Under the pieces are notes generated by a model. The model worked only from the letters and a program-made list of their open reading frames with translations. It had not been told where the DNA came from and ran no database searches. A stretch of DNA of 64,000 nucleotides from the human T2T-CHM13v2.0 reference genome, Homo sapiens: assembly GCF_009914755.1 (NCBI RefSeq), contig NC_060936.1. One strand, given 5' to 3'. Numbering within the stretch: the stretch's first letter is position 1; every line of letters begins with the position of its first letter. The translations under genes and the position numbers were made by a program. Shown one piece after another: positions 41,201 to 54,000 of the stretch.

Positions 41201-42779
41201 CTTTTCTACATTTGGCCTAAAAGCGCTTGAAATCTCCACCTGCAAATATCACAAAAAGAGGGTTTCACATCTGCTCTGTCTAAAGGACAGTTCACCTCTG
41301 TGAGTTGAATAGAGGCAACACAAAGAAGTTACTGAGTATTCTTCTTTCTAGCGTTATATGAAGAAATCCCTTTTCCAACGAAGGGCTCAAATAGGTCCAA
41401 ATATCTGCTTGCAGACTTTACAGACAGAGTGTTTCCAAACTACTCTATGAAAAGAAAGCTTAAACTCCGTGAGTTGAACGCACACATCACAAAGTAGTTT
41501 CTGAGAATGATTCTGTCTTGTTTTTATACGAAGATATTTCCGTTTCTACGATTGGCCTCAAAGCGATTCAAATCTCCAACTGGAAACTGCACAAATAGGG
41601 TGTTTCAAATCTGCTCTGTCTAAAGGAAGGTTCCACTCTGTGAGTTGAATACACACACCACAAATAAGTTACTGAGAATTCTTCTGTCGAACATTACATG
41701 AAGAAATCCCGTTTCCAACGAAGGCCTGAAAGAGATCCAAATATCCACTTGCCGACATGGCAAACACAGTGTTTGCAAACTGCTCCATCAAAAGAAAGGT
41801 TAAAGTCTGTGAGATAAACACACACATCAAAAAGAAGTTTCTGTGAATGATTCTGTCTAGATTTTATAAGATGTTTCCTTTTCTACCATAGGCCTCAAAG
41901 CGCTAGAAATCTCCAGCTGCAAATTCCACAAAAAGTGTGTTTAACATCTGCTCTGTCTAAAGTAAAGTTCAGCTCTGTGAGTTGAATACACACAGCACAA
42001 AGAAGTTACTGAGACTTCTTCTGTCTAACATTATATGAAGAAATCCCGTTTCCAACGAAGGCCTCAAAGAGGTCCAAATATCCACTTGCAGACTTGTCAA
42101 ACAGAGTGTTTCCAGACTGCACCATCAAAAGAAAGGTTAAACTCTGTGAGCTGAACACGCACATCACAAAGTAGTTTCTGTGAATGATTCTGTCTAGTTT
42201 TTATAGGAAGATGTCTCCTTTTCTACCTTTGGTCTCAAAGCCATTGAAATCTCCACATGGAAACTCCACAAAAAGAGTGTTTCAAATCTGCTCTTTCTGA
42301 AGGAAGGTTCAACTCTGTGAGTTGAATACACACACCACAAATAAGTTACTGAGAATTCTTCTGTGTAACATTATATGAGGAAATCCCGTTTCCAACGAAG
42401 GCCTCAAAGAGGTCCAAATATCCACTTGCAGACTTTACAAAGACAGTGTCTCCAAACTCCTCCATCAAAAGAAAGGTTATACTCTGTGAATTGAACGCAC
42501 ACATCACAAAGTAGTTTCTGAGAATGATTCTGTCTACTTTTTATACGAAGATATTTCCTTTTCTACATTTGGCCTAAAAGAGCTTGAAATCTCCACCTGC
42601 AAATATCACAAAAAGAGGGTTTCACATCTGCTCTGTCTAAAGGACAGTTCACCTCTGTGAGTTGAATAGAGGCAACACAATGAAGTTACTGAGTATTCTT
42701 CTTTCTAGCGTTATATGAAGAAATCCCATTTCCAACGAAGGCCTCAAAGAGGTCCAAATATCTGCTTGCAGACTTTACA
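29214..42779. repeat. Direct duplicate of positions 1-13,566 (offset 29,213 bp)
   Basis: Seven ORF pairs have a constant offset of 29,213 with identical translations (3002/32215 through 10044/39257). Private variants are shared: CGATTAAAAT (121/29334), 1-bp deletion CTCTGCTAAA (2211/31424), TTTATAAGAC (7791/37004), 3-bp deletion TTATAAGATG (12651/41864), TCCCATTTCC (13511/42724). The first mismatch is G13567 vs T42780. Confidence 0.95.
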
Positions 42780-45700
42780 TACAGAGTGTTTCCAAACTAC
42801 TCTAAGAAAAGAAAGCTTAAACTCCGTGAGTTGAACGCACACATCACAAAGTAGTTTCTGAGAATGATTCTGTCTTGTATTTATACGAAGATATTTCCGT
42901 TTCTACGATTGGCCTCAAAGCGATTGAAATCTCCAACTGGAAACTGCACAAATAGGGTGTTTCAAATCTGCTCTGTCTAAAGGAAGGTTCAACTCTGTGA
43001 GTTGAATACACACACCACAAATAAGTTACTGAGAATTCTTCTCTCGAACATTACATGAAGAAATCCCGTTTCCAAAGAAGGCCTGAAAGAGGTCCAAATA
43101 TCCAGTTGCCGACAATGCAAACACAGTGTTTGCAAACTGCTCCGTCAAAAGAAAGGTTAAACTCTCTGAGATGAACACACACATCAGAAAGAAGTTTCTG
43201 TGAATGATTCTGTCTAGATTTTATAAGAAGATGTTTCCTTTTCTACCATAGGCCTCAAAGCGCTAGAAATCTCCAGCTGCAAATTCCACAAAAAGTGTGT
43301 TTAACATCTGCTCTGTCTAAAGTAAAGTTCAGCTTTGTGAGTTGAATTCACACAGCACAAAGAAGTTACTGAGACTTCTTCTGTTTAACATTATATGAAG
43401 AAATCCCGTTTCCAACGAAGGCCTCAAAGAGGTCCAAATATCCACTTGCAGACTTGTCAGAGTGTTTCCAAACTGCACCATCAAAAGAAAGGTTAAACTC
43501 TGTGAGCTGAACACACACATCACAAAGTAATTTCTGTGAATGATTCTGTCTCGTTTTTATACGAAGATGTTTCCTTTTCTACCTTTGGTCTCAAAGCGAT
43601 TGAAATCTCCACATGGAAACTCCACAAAAAGAGTGTTTCAAATCTGCTCTTTCTGAAGGAAGGTTCAACTCTGTGAGTTGAATACACACACCACAAATAA
43701 GTTACTGAGAATTCTTCTGTGTAACATTATATGAGGAAATCCCGTTTCCAACGAAGGCCTCAAAGAGGTCCAAATATCCACTTGCAGACTTTACAAAGAC
43801 AGTGTCTCCAAACTCCTCCATCAAAAGAAAGGTTATACTCTGTGAATTGAACGCACACATCCCAAGGTAGTTTCTGAGAATGATTCTGTCTAGTTTTTAT
43901 ACGAAGATATTTCCTTTTCTACATTTGGCCTAAAAGCGCTTGAAATCTCCACCTGCAAATATCACAAAAAGAGGGTTTCACATCTGCTCTGTCTAAAGGA
44001 CAGTTCAACTCTGTGAGTTGAATAGACGCAACACAATGAAGTTACTGAGTATTCTTCTTTCTAGCGTTATATGAAGAAATCCCGTTTCCAACGAAGGCCT
44101 CAAAGAGGTCCAAATATCTGCTTGCAGACTTTACAGACAGAGTGTTTCCAAACTACTCTAAGAAAAGAAAGCTTAAACTCCGTGAGTTGAACGCACACAT
44201 CACAAAGTAGTTTCTGAGAATGATTCTGTCTTGTATTTATACGAAGATATTTCCGTTTCTACGATTGGCCTCAAAGGGATTGAAATCTCCAACTGGAAAC
44301 TGCACAAATAGGGTGTTTCAAATCTGCTCTGTCTAAAGGAAGGTTCAACTCTGTGAGTTGAATACACACACCACAAATAAGTTACTGAGAATTCTTCTCT
44401 CGAACATTACATGAAGAAATCCCGTTTCCAACGAAGGCCTGAAAGAGGTCCAAATATCCAGTTGCCGACAATGCAAACACAGTGTTTGCAAACAGCTCCA
44501 TCAAAAGAAAGGTTAAACTCTGTGAGATGAACACACACATCAGAAAGAAGTTTCTGTGAATGATTCTGTCTAGATTTTATAAGAAGATGTTTCCTTTTCT
44601 ACCATAGGCCTCAAAGCGCTAGAAATCTCCAGCTGCAAATTCCACAAAAAGTGTGTTTAACATCTGCTCTGTCTAAAGTAAAGTTCAGCTCTGTGAGTTG
44701 AATACACACAGCACAAAGAAGTTACTGAGACTTCTTCTGTCTAACATTATATGAAGAAATCCCGTTTCCAACGAAGGCCTCAAAGAGGTCCAAATATCCA
44801 CTTGCAGACTTGTCAAACAGAGTGTTTCCAAACTGCACCATCAAAAGAAAGGTTAAACTCTGTGAGCTGAACACACACATCACAAAGTAGTTTCTGTGAA
44901 TGATTCTGTCTAGTTTTTATAGGAAGATGTCTCCTTTTCTACCTTTGGTCTCAAAGCCATTGAAATCTCCACATGGAAACTCCACAAAAAGAGTGTTTCA
45001 AATCTGCTCTTTCTGAAGGAAGGTTCAACTCTGTGAGTTGAATACACACACCACAAATCAGTTACTGAGAATTCTTCTGTGTAACATTATATGAGGAAAT
45101 CCCGTTTCCAACGAAGGCCTCAAAGAGGTCCAAATATCCACTTGCAGACTTTACAAAGACAGTGTCTCCAAACTCCTCCATCAATAGAAAGGTTATACTC
45201 TGTGAATTGAATGCACACATCACAAAGTAGTTTCTGAGAATGATTCTGTCTAGTTTTTATACGAATATATTTCCTTTTCTACATTTGGCCTAAAAGCGCT
45301 TGAAATCTCCACCTGCAAATATCACAAAAAGAGGGTTTCACATCTGCTCTGTCTAAAGGACAGTTCACCTCTGTGAGTTGAATAGAGGCAACACAAAGAA
45401 GTTACTGAGTATTCTTCTTTCTAGCGTTATATGAAGAAATCCCTTTTCCAACGAAGGCCTCAAATAGGTCCAAATATCTGCTTGCAGACTTTACAGACAG
45501 AGTGTTTCCAAACTACTCTATGAAAAGAAAGCTTAAACTCCGTGAGGTGAACGCACACATCACAAAGTAGTTTCTGAGAATGATTCTGTCTTGTTTTTAT
45601 ACGAAGATATTTCCGTTTCTACGATTGGCCTCAAAGCGATTGAAATCTCCAACTGGAAACTGCACAAATAGGGTGTTTCAAATCTGCTCTGTCTAAAGGA

Positions 45701-48700
45701 AGGTTCAACTCTGTGAGTTGAATACACACACCACAAATAAGTTACTGAGAATTCTTCTGTCGAACATTAAATGAAGAAATCCCGTTTCCAACGAAGGCCT
45801 GAAAGAGGTCCAAATATCCACTTGCCGACATGGCAAACACAGTGTTTGCAAACTGCTCCATCAAAAGAAAGGTTAAAGTCTGTGAGATAAACACACACAT
45901 CAAAAAGAAGTTTCTGTGAATGATTCTGTCTAGATTTTATAAGATGTTTCCTTTTCTACCATAGGCCTCAAAGCGCTAGAAATCTCCAGCTGCAAATTCC
46001 ACAAAAAGTGTGTTTAACATCTGCTCTGTCTAAAGTAAAGTTCAGCTCTGTGAGTTGAATACACACAGCACAAAGAAGTTACTGAGACTTCTTCTGTCTA
46101 ACATTATATGAAGAAATCCCGTTTCCAACGAAGGCCTCATAGAGGTCCAAATATCCACTTGCAGACTTGTCAGAGTGTTTCCAAACTGCACCATCAAAAG
46201 AAAGGTTAAATTCTGTGAGCTGAACACACACATCACAAAGTAGTTTCTGTGAATGATTCTGTCTCGTTTTTATACGAAGATGTTTCCTTTTCTACCTTTG
46301 GTCTCAAAGCGATTGAAATCTCCACATGGAAACTCCACAAAAAGAGTGTTTGAAATCTGCTCTTTCTGAAGGAAGGTTCAACTCTGTGAGTTGAATACAC
46401 ACACCACAAATAAGTTACTGAGCATTCTTCTGTGTAACATTATATGAGGAAATCCCGTTTCCAACGAAGGCCTCAAAGAGGTCCAAATATCCACTTGCAG
46501 ACTTTACAAAGACAGTGTCTCCAAACTCCTCCATCAAAAGAAAGGTTATACTCTGTGAATTGAACGCACACATCACAAAGTAGTTTCTGAGAATGATTCT
46601 GTCTACTTTTTATACGAAGATATTTCCTTTTCTACATTTGGCCTAAAAGCGCTTGAAATCTCCACCTGCAAATATCACAAAAAGAGGGTTTCACATCTGC
46701 TCTGTCTAAAGGACAGTTCACCTCTGTGAGTTGAATAGAGGCAACACAAAGAAGTTACTGAGTATTCTTCTTTCTAGCGTTATATGAAGAAATCCCGTTT
46801 CCAACGAAGGCCTCAAAGAGGTCCAAATATCTGCTTGCAGACTTTACAGACAGAGTGTTTCCAAACTACTCTATGAAAAGAAAGCTTAAACTCCGTGAGT
46901 TGAACGCACACATCACAAAGTAGTTTCTGAGAATGATTCTGTCTTGTTTTTATACGAAGATATTTCCGTTTCTACGATTGGCCTCAAAGCGATTGAAATC
47001 TCCAACTGGAAACTGCACAAATAGGGTGTTTCAAATCTGCTCTGTCTAAAGGAAGGTTCAACTCTGTGAGTTGAATACACACACCACAAATAAGTTACTG
47101 AGAATTCTTCTCTCGAACATTACTTGAAGAAATCCCGTTTCCAACGAAGGCCTGAAAGAGGTCCAAATATCCAGTTGCCGACAATGCAAACACAGTGTTT
47201 GCAAACTGCTCCGTCAAAAGAAAGGTTAAACTCTGTGAGATGAAGACACACATCAGAAAGAAGTTTCTGTGAATGATTCTGTCTAGATTTTATAAGAAGA
47301 TGTTTCCTTTTCTACCATAGGCCTCAAAGCGCTAGAAATCTCCAGCTGCAAATTCCACAAAAAGTGTGTTTAACATCTGCTCTGTCTAAAGTAAAGTTCA
47401 GCTCTGTGAGTTGAATACACACAGCACAAAGAAGTTACTGAGACTTCTTCTGTCTAACATTATATGAAGAAATCCCGTTTCCAACGAAGGCCTCAAAGAG
47501 GTCCAAATATCCACTTGCAGACTTGTCAAACAGAGTGTTTCCAAACTGCACCATCAAAAGAAAGGTTAAACTCTGTGAGCTGAACACACACATCACAAAG
47601 TAGTTTCTGTGAATGATTCTGTCTAGTTTTTATAGGAAGATGTCTCCTTTTCTACCTTTGGTCTCAAAGCCATTGAAATCTCCACATGGAAACTCCACAA
47701 AAAGAGTGTTTCAAATCTGCTCTTTCTGAAGGAAGGTTCAACTCTGTGAGTTGAATACACACACCACAAATAAGTTACTGAGAATTCTTCTGTGTAACAT
47801 TATATGAGGAAATCCCGTTTCCAACGAAGGCCTCAAAGAGGTCCAAATATCCACTTGCAGACTTTACAAAGACAGTGTCTCCAAACTCCTCCATCAATAG
47901 AAAGGTTATAGTCTGTGAATTGAATGCACACATCACAAAGTAGTTTCTGAGAATGATTCTGTCTAGTTTTTATACGAAGATATTTCCTTTTCTACATTTG
48001 GCCTAAAAGCGCTTGAAATCTCCACCTGCAAATATCACAAAAAGAGGGTTTCACATCTGCTCTGTCTAAAGGACAGTTCACCTCTGTGAGTTGAATAGAG
48101 GCAACACCAAGAACTTACTCAGTATTCTTCTTTCTAGCGTTATATGAAGAAATCCCGTTTCCAACGAAGGCCTCAAATAGGTCCAAATATCTGCTTGCAG
48201 ACTTTACAGACAGAGTGTTTCCAAACTACTCTAAGAAAAGAAAGCTTAAACTCCGTGAGTTGAACGCCCACATCACAAAGTAGTTTCTGAGAATGATTCT
48301 GTCTTTTATTTATACGAAGATATTTCCGTTTCTACGATTGGCCTCAAAGCGATTGAAATCTCCAACTGGAAACTGCACAAATAGGGTGTTTCAAATCTGC
48401 TCTGTCTAAAGGAAGGTTCAACTCTGTGAGTTGAATACACACACCACAAATAAGTTACTGAGAATTCTTCTCTCGAACATTACATGAAGAAATCCCGTTT
48501 CCAACGAAGGCCTGAAAGAGGTCCAAATATCCAGTTGCCGAAAATGCAAACACAGTGTTTGCAAACTGCTCCGTCAAAAGAAAGGTTAAACTCTGTGAGA
48601 TGAACACACACATCAGAAAGAAGTTTCTGTGAATGATTCTGTCTAGATTTTATAAGAAGATGTTTCCTTTTCTACCATAGGCCTCAAAGCGCTAGAAATC

Positions 48701-49034
48701 TCCAGCTGCAAATTCCACAAAAAGTGTGTTTAACATCTGCTCTGTCTAAAGTAAAGTTCAGCTCTGTGAGTTGAATACACAAAGTACAAAGAAGTTACTG
48801 AGACTTCTTCTGTCTAACATTATATGAAGAAATCCCGTTTCCAGGAAGGCCTCAAAGAGGTCCAAATATCCCCTTGCAGACTTGTCAGAGTGTTTCCAAA
48901 CTGCACCATCAAAAGAAAGGTTAAACTCTGTGAGCTGAACACACACATCACAAAGTAGTTTCTGTGAATGATTCTGTCTAGTTTTTATACGAAGATGTTT
49001 CCTTTTCTACCTTTGGTCTCAAAGCGATTGAAAT

Positions 49035-51070
49035 CTCCACATGGAAACTCCACAAAAAGAGTGTTTCAAATCTGCTCTTTCTGAAGGAAGGTTCAACTCT
49101 GTGAGTTGAATACACACACCACAAATAAGTTACTGAGAATTCTTCTGTGTAACATTATATGAGGAAATCCCGTTTCCAACGAAGGCCTCAAAGAGGTCCA
49201 AATATCCACTTGCAGACTTTACAAAGACAGTGTCTCCAAACTCCTCCATCAAAAGAAAGGTTATACTCTGTGAATTGAACGCACACATCACAAAGTAGTT
49301 TCTGAGAATGATTCTGTCTACTTTTTATACGAAGATATTTCCTTTTCTACATTTGGCCTAAAAGCGCTTGAAATCTCCACCTGCAAATATCACAAAAAGA
49401 GGGTTTCACATCTGCTCTGTCTAAAGGACAGTTCAACTCTGTGAGTTGAATAGAGGCAACACAAAGAAGTTACTGAGTATTCTTCTTTCTAGCGTTATAT
49501 GAAGAAATCCCGTTTCCAACGAAGGCCTCAAAGAGGTCCAAATATCTGCTTGCAGACTTTACAGACAGAGTGTTTCCAAACTACTCTATGAAAAGAAAGC
49601 TTAAACTCCGTGAGTTGAACGCACACATCACAAAGTAGTTTCTGAGAATGATTCTGTCTTGTATTTATACGAAGATATTTCCGTTTCTACGATTGGCCTC
49701 AAAGCGATTGAAATCTCCAACTGGAAACTGCACAAATAGGGTGTTTCAAATCTGCTCTGTCTAAAGGAAGGTTCAACTCTGTGAGTTGAATACACACACC
49801 ACAAATAAGTTACTGAGAATTCTTCTCTCGAATATTACATGAAGAAATCCCGTTTCCAACGAAGGCCTCAAAGAGGTCCAAATATCCACTTGCAGACTTT
49901 ACAAAGACAGTGTCTCCAAACTCCTCCATCAAAAGAAAGGTTATACTCTGTGAATTGAATGCACACATCACAAAGTAGTTTCTGAGAATGATTCTGTCTA
50001 GTTTTTATACGAAGATATTTCCTTTTCTACATTTGGCCTAAAAGCGCTTGAAATCTCCACCTGCAAATATCACAAAAAGAGGGTTTCACATCTGCTCTGT
50101 CTAAAGGACAGTTCACCTCTGTGAGTTGAATAGAGGCAACACAAAGAAGTTACTGAGTATTCTTCTTTCTAGCGTTATATGAAGAAATCCCGTTTCCAAC
50201 GAAGGCCTCAAAGAGGTCCAAATATCTGCTTGCAGACTTTACAGACAGAGTGTTTCCAAACTACTCTATGAAAAGAAAGCTTAAACTCCGTGAGTTGAAC
50301 GCACACATCACAAAGTAGTTTCTGAGAATGATTCTGTCTTGTTTTTATACGAAGATATTTCCGTTTCTACGATTGGCCTCAAAGCGATTGAAATCTGCAA
50401 CTGGAAACTGCACAAACAGGGTGTTTCAAATCTGCTCTGTCTAAAGGAAGGTTCAAATCTGTGAGTTGAATACACACACCACAAATAAGTTACTGAGAAT
50501 TCTTCTGTCGAACATTACATGAAGAAATCCCGTTTCCAACGAAGGCCTCAAAGAGGTCCAAATATCCACTTGCCGACATGTCAAACACAGTGTTTGCAAA
50601 CTGCTCCATCAAAAGAAAGGTTAAAGTCTGTGAGATAAACACACACATCAAAAAGAAGTTTCTGTGAATGATTCTGTCTAGATTTTATAAGAAGATGTTT
50701 CCTTTTCTACCATAGGCCTCAAAGCGCTAGAAATCTCCAGCTGCAAATTCCACAAAAAGTGTGTTTAACATCTGCTCTGTCTAAAGTAAAGTTCAGCTCT
50801 GTGAGTTGAATACACACAGCACAAAGAAGTTACTGAGACTTCTTCTGTCTAACATTATATGAAGAAATCCCGTTTCCAACGAAGGCCTCAAAGAGGTCCA
50901 AATATCCACTTGCAGACTTGTCAGAGTGTTTCCAAACTGCACCATCAAAAGAAAGGTTAAACTCTGTGAGCTGAACACACACATCACAAAGTAGTTTCTG
51001 TGAATGATTCTGTCTCGTTTTTATACGAAGATGTTTCCTTTTCTACCTTTGGTCTCAAAGCGATTGAAAT
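49035..51070 (-). repeat. 12-mer HOR variant (d1-d2-d3-d2-d3-d4); second copy at ~52,426-54,461
   Basis: After d3 (CTCGAATATTACATGAAG) the sequence resumes with the post-d1 monomer (GACTTTACAAAGACAGTGTCTCC). Junctions are at ~49,844-49,893 and ~53,235-53,284. Confidence 0.88.
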
Positions 51071-54000
51071 CTCCACATGGAAACTCCACAAAAAGAGTGT
51101 TTGAAATCTGCTCTTTCTGAAGGAAGGGTCAACTCTGTGAGTTGAATACACACACCACAAATAAGTTACTGAGAATTCTTCTGTGTAACATTATATGAGG
51201 AAATCCCGTTTCCAACGAAGGCCTCAAAGAGGTCCAAATATCCACTTGCAGACTTTACAAAGACAGTGTCTCCAAACTCCTCCATCAAAAGAAAGGTTAT
51301 ACTCTGTGAATTGAACGCACACATCACAAAGTAGTTTCTGAGAATGATTCTGTCTACTTTTTATACGAAGATATTTCCTTTTCTACATTTGGCCTAAAAG
51401 CGCTTGAAATCTCCACCTGCAAATATCACAAAAAGAGGGTTTCACATCTGCTCTGTCTAAAGGACAGTTCACCTCTGTGAGTTGAAAAGAGGCAACACAA
51501 AGAAGTTACTGAGTATTCTTCTTTCTAGCGTTATATGAAGAAATCCCGTTTCCAACGAAGGCCTCAAAGAGGTCCAAATATCTGCTTGCAGACTTTACAG
51601 ACAGAGTGTTTCCAAACTACTCTATGAAAAGAAAGCTTAAACTCCGTGAGTTGAACGCACACATCACAAAGTAGTTTCTGAGAATGATTCTGTCTTGTTT
51701 TTATACGAAGATATTTCCGTTTCTACGATTGGCCTCAAAGCGATTGAAATCTCCAACTGGAAACTGCACAAATAGGGTGTTTCAAATCTGCTCTGTCTAA
51801 AGGAAGGTTCAACTCTGTGAGTTGAATACACACACCACAAATAAGTTACTGAGAATTCTTCTCTCGAACATTACATGAAGAAATCCCGTTTCCAACGAAG
51901 GCCTGAAAGAGGTCCAAATATCCAGTTGCCGAAAATGCAAACACAGTGTTTGCAAACTGCTCCGTCAAAAGAAAGGTTAAACTCTGTGAGATGAACACAC
52001 ACATCAGAAAGAAGTTTCTGTGAATGATTCTGTCTAGATTTTATAAGAAGATGTTTCCTTTTCTACCATAGGCCTCAAAGCGCTAGAAATCTCCAGCTGC
52101 AAATTCCACAAAAAGTGTGTTTAACATCTGCTCTGTCTAAAGTAAAGTTCAGCTCTGTGAGTTGAATACACAAAGCACAAAGAAGTTACTGAGACTTCTT
52201 CTGTCTAACATTATATGAAGAAATCCCGTTTCCAGGAAGGCCTCAAAGAGGTCCAAATATCCCCTTGCAGACTTGTCAGAGTGTTTCCAAACTGCTCCAT
52301 CAAAAGAAAGGTTAAACTCTGTGAGCTGAACACACACATCACAAAGTAGTTTCTGTGAATGATTCTGTCTAGTTTTTATACGAAGATGTTTCCTTTTCTA
52401 CCTTTGGTCTCAAAGCGATTGAAATCTCCACATGGAAACTCCACAAAAAGAGTGTTTCAAATCTGCTCTTTCTGAAGGAAGGTTCAACTCTGTGAGTTGA
52501 ATACACACACCACAAATAAGTTACTGAGAATTCTTCTGTGTAACATTATATGAGGAAATCCCGTTTCCAACGAAGGCCTCAAAGAGGTCCAAATATCCAC
52601 TTGCAGACTTTACAAAGACAGTGTCTCCAAACTCCTCCATCAAAAGAAAGGTTATACTCTGTGAATTGAACGCACACATCACAAAGTAGTTTCTGAGAAT
52701 GATTCTGTCTACTTTTTATACGAAGATATTTCCTTTTCTACATTTGGCCTAAAAGCGCTTGAAATCTCCACCTGCAAATATCACAAAAAGAGGGTTTCAC
52801 ATCTGCTCTGTCTAAAGGACAGTTCAACTCTGTGAGTTAAATAGAGGCAACACAAAGAAGTTACTGAGTATTCTTCTTTCTAGCGTTATATGAAGAAATC
52901 CCTTTTCCAACGAAGGCCTCAAAGAGGTCCAAATATCTGCTTGCAGACTTTACAGACAGAGTGTTTCCAAACTACTCTATGAAAAGAAAGCTTAAACTCC
53001 GTGAGTTGAACGCACACATCACAAAGTAGTTTCTGAGAATGATTCTGTCTTGTATTTATACGAAGATATTTCCGTTTCTACGATTGGCCTCAAAGCGATT
53101 GAAATCTCCAACTGGAAACTGCACAAATAGGGTGTTTCAAATCTGCTCTGTCTAAAGGAAGGTTCAACTCTGTGAGTTGAATACACACACCACAAATAAG
53201 TTACTGAGAATTCTTCTCTCGAATATTACATGAAGAAATCCCGTTTCCAACGAAGGCCTCAAAGAGGTCCAAATATCCACTTGCAGACTTTACAAAGACA
53301 GTGTCTCCAAACTCCTCCATCAAAAGAAAGGTTATACTCTGTGAATTGAACGCACACATCACAAAGTAGTTTCTGAGAATGATTCTGTCTAGTTTTTATA
53401 CGAAGATATTTCCTTTTCTACATTTGGCCTAAAAGCGCTTGAAATCTCCACCTGCAAATATCACAAAAAGAGGGTTTCACATCTGCTCTGTCTAAAGGAC
53501 AGTTCACCTCTGTGAGTTGAATAGAGGCAACACAAAGAAGTTACTGAGTATTCTTCTTTCTAGCGTTATATGAAGAAATCCCTTTTCCAACGAAGGCCTC
53601 AAAGAGGTCCAAATATCTGCTTGCAGACTTTACAGACAGAGTGTTTCCAAACTACTCTAAGATAAGAAAGCTTAAACTCCGTGAGTTGAACGCACACATC
53701 ACAAAGTAGTTTCTGAGAATGATTCTGTCTTGTATTTATACGAAGATATTTCCGTTTCTACGATTGGCCTCAAAGCGATTGAAATCTCCAACTGGAAACT
53801 GCACAAATAGGGTGTTTCAAATCTGCTCTGTCTAAAGGAAGGTTCAACTCTGTGAGTTGAATACACACACCACAAATAAGTTACTGAGAATTCTTCTCTC
53901 GAACATTACATGAAGAAATCCCGTTTCCAACGAAGGCCTGAGAGAGGTCCAAATATCCAGTTGCCGACAATGCAAACACAGTGTTTCCAAACTGCTCCGT

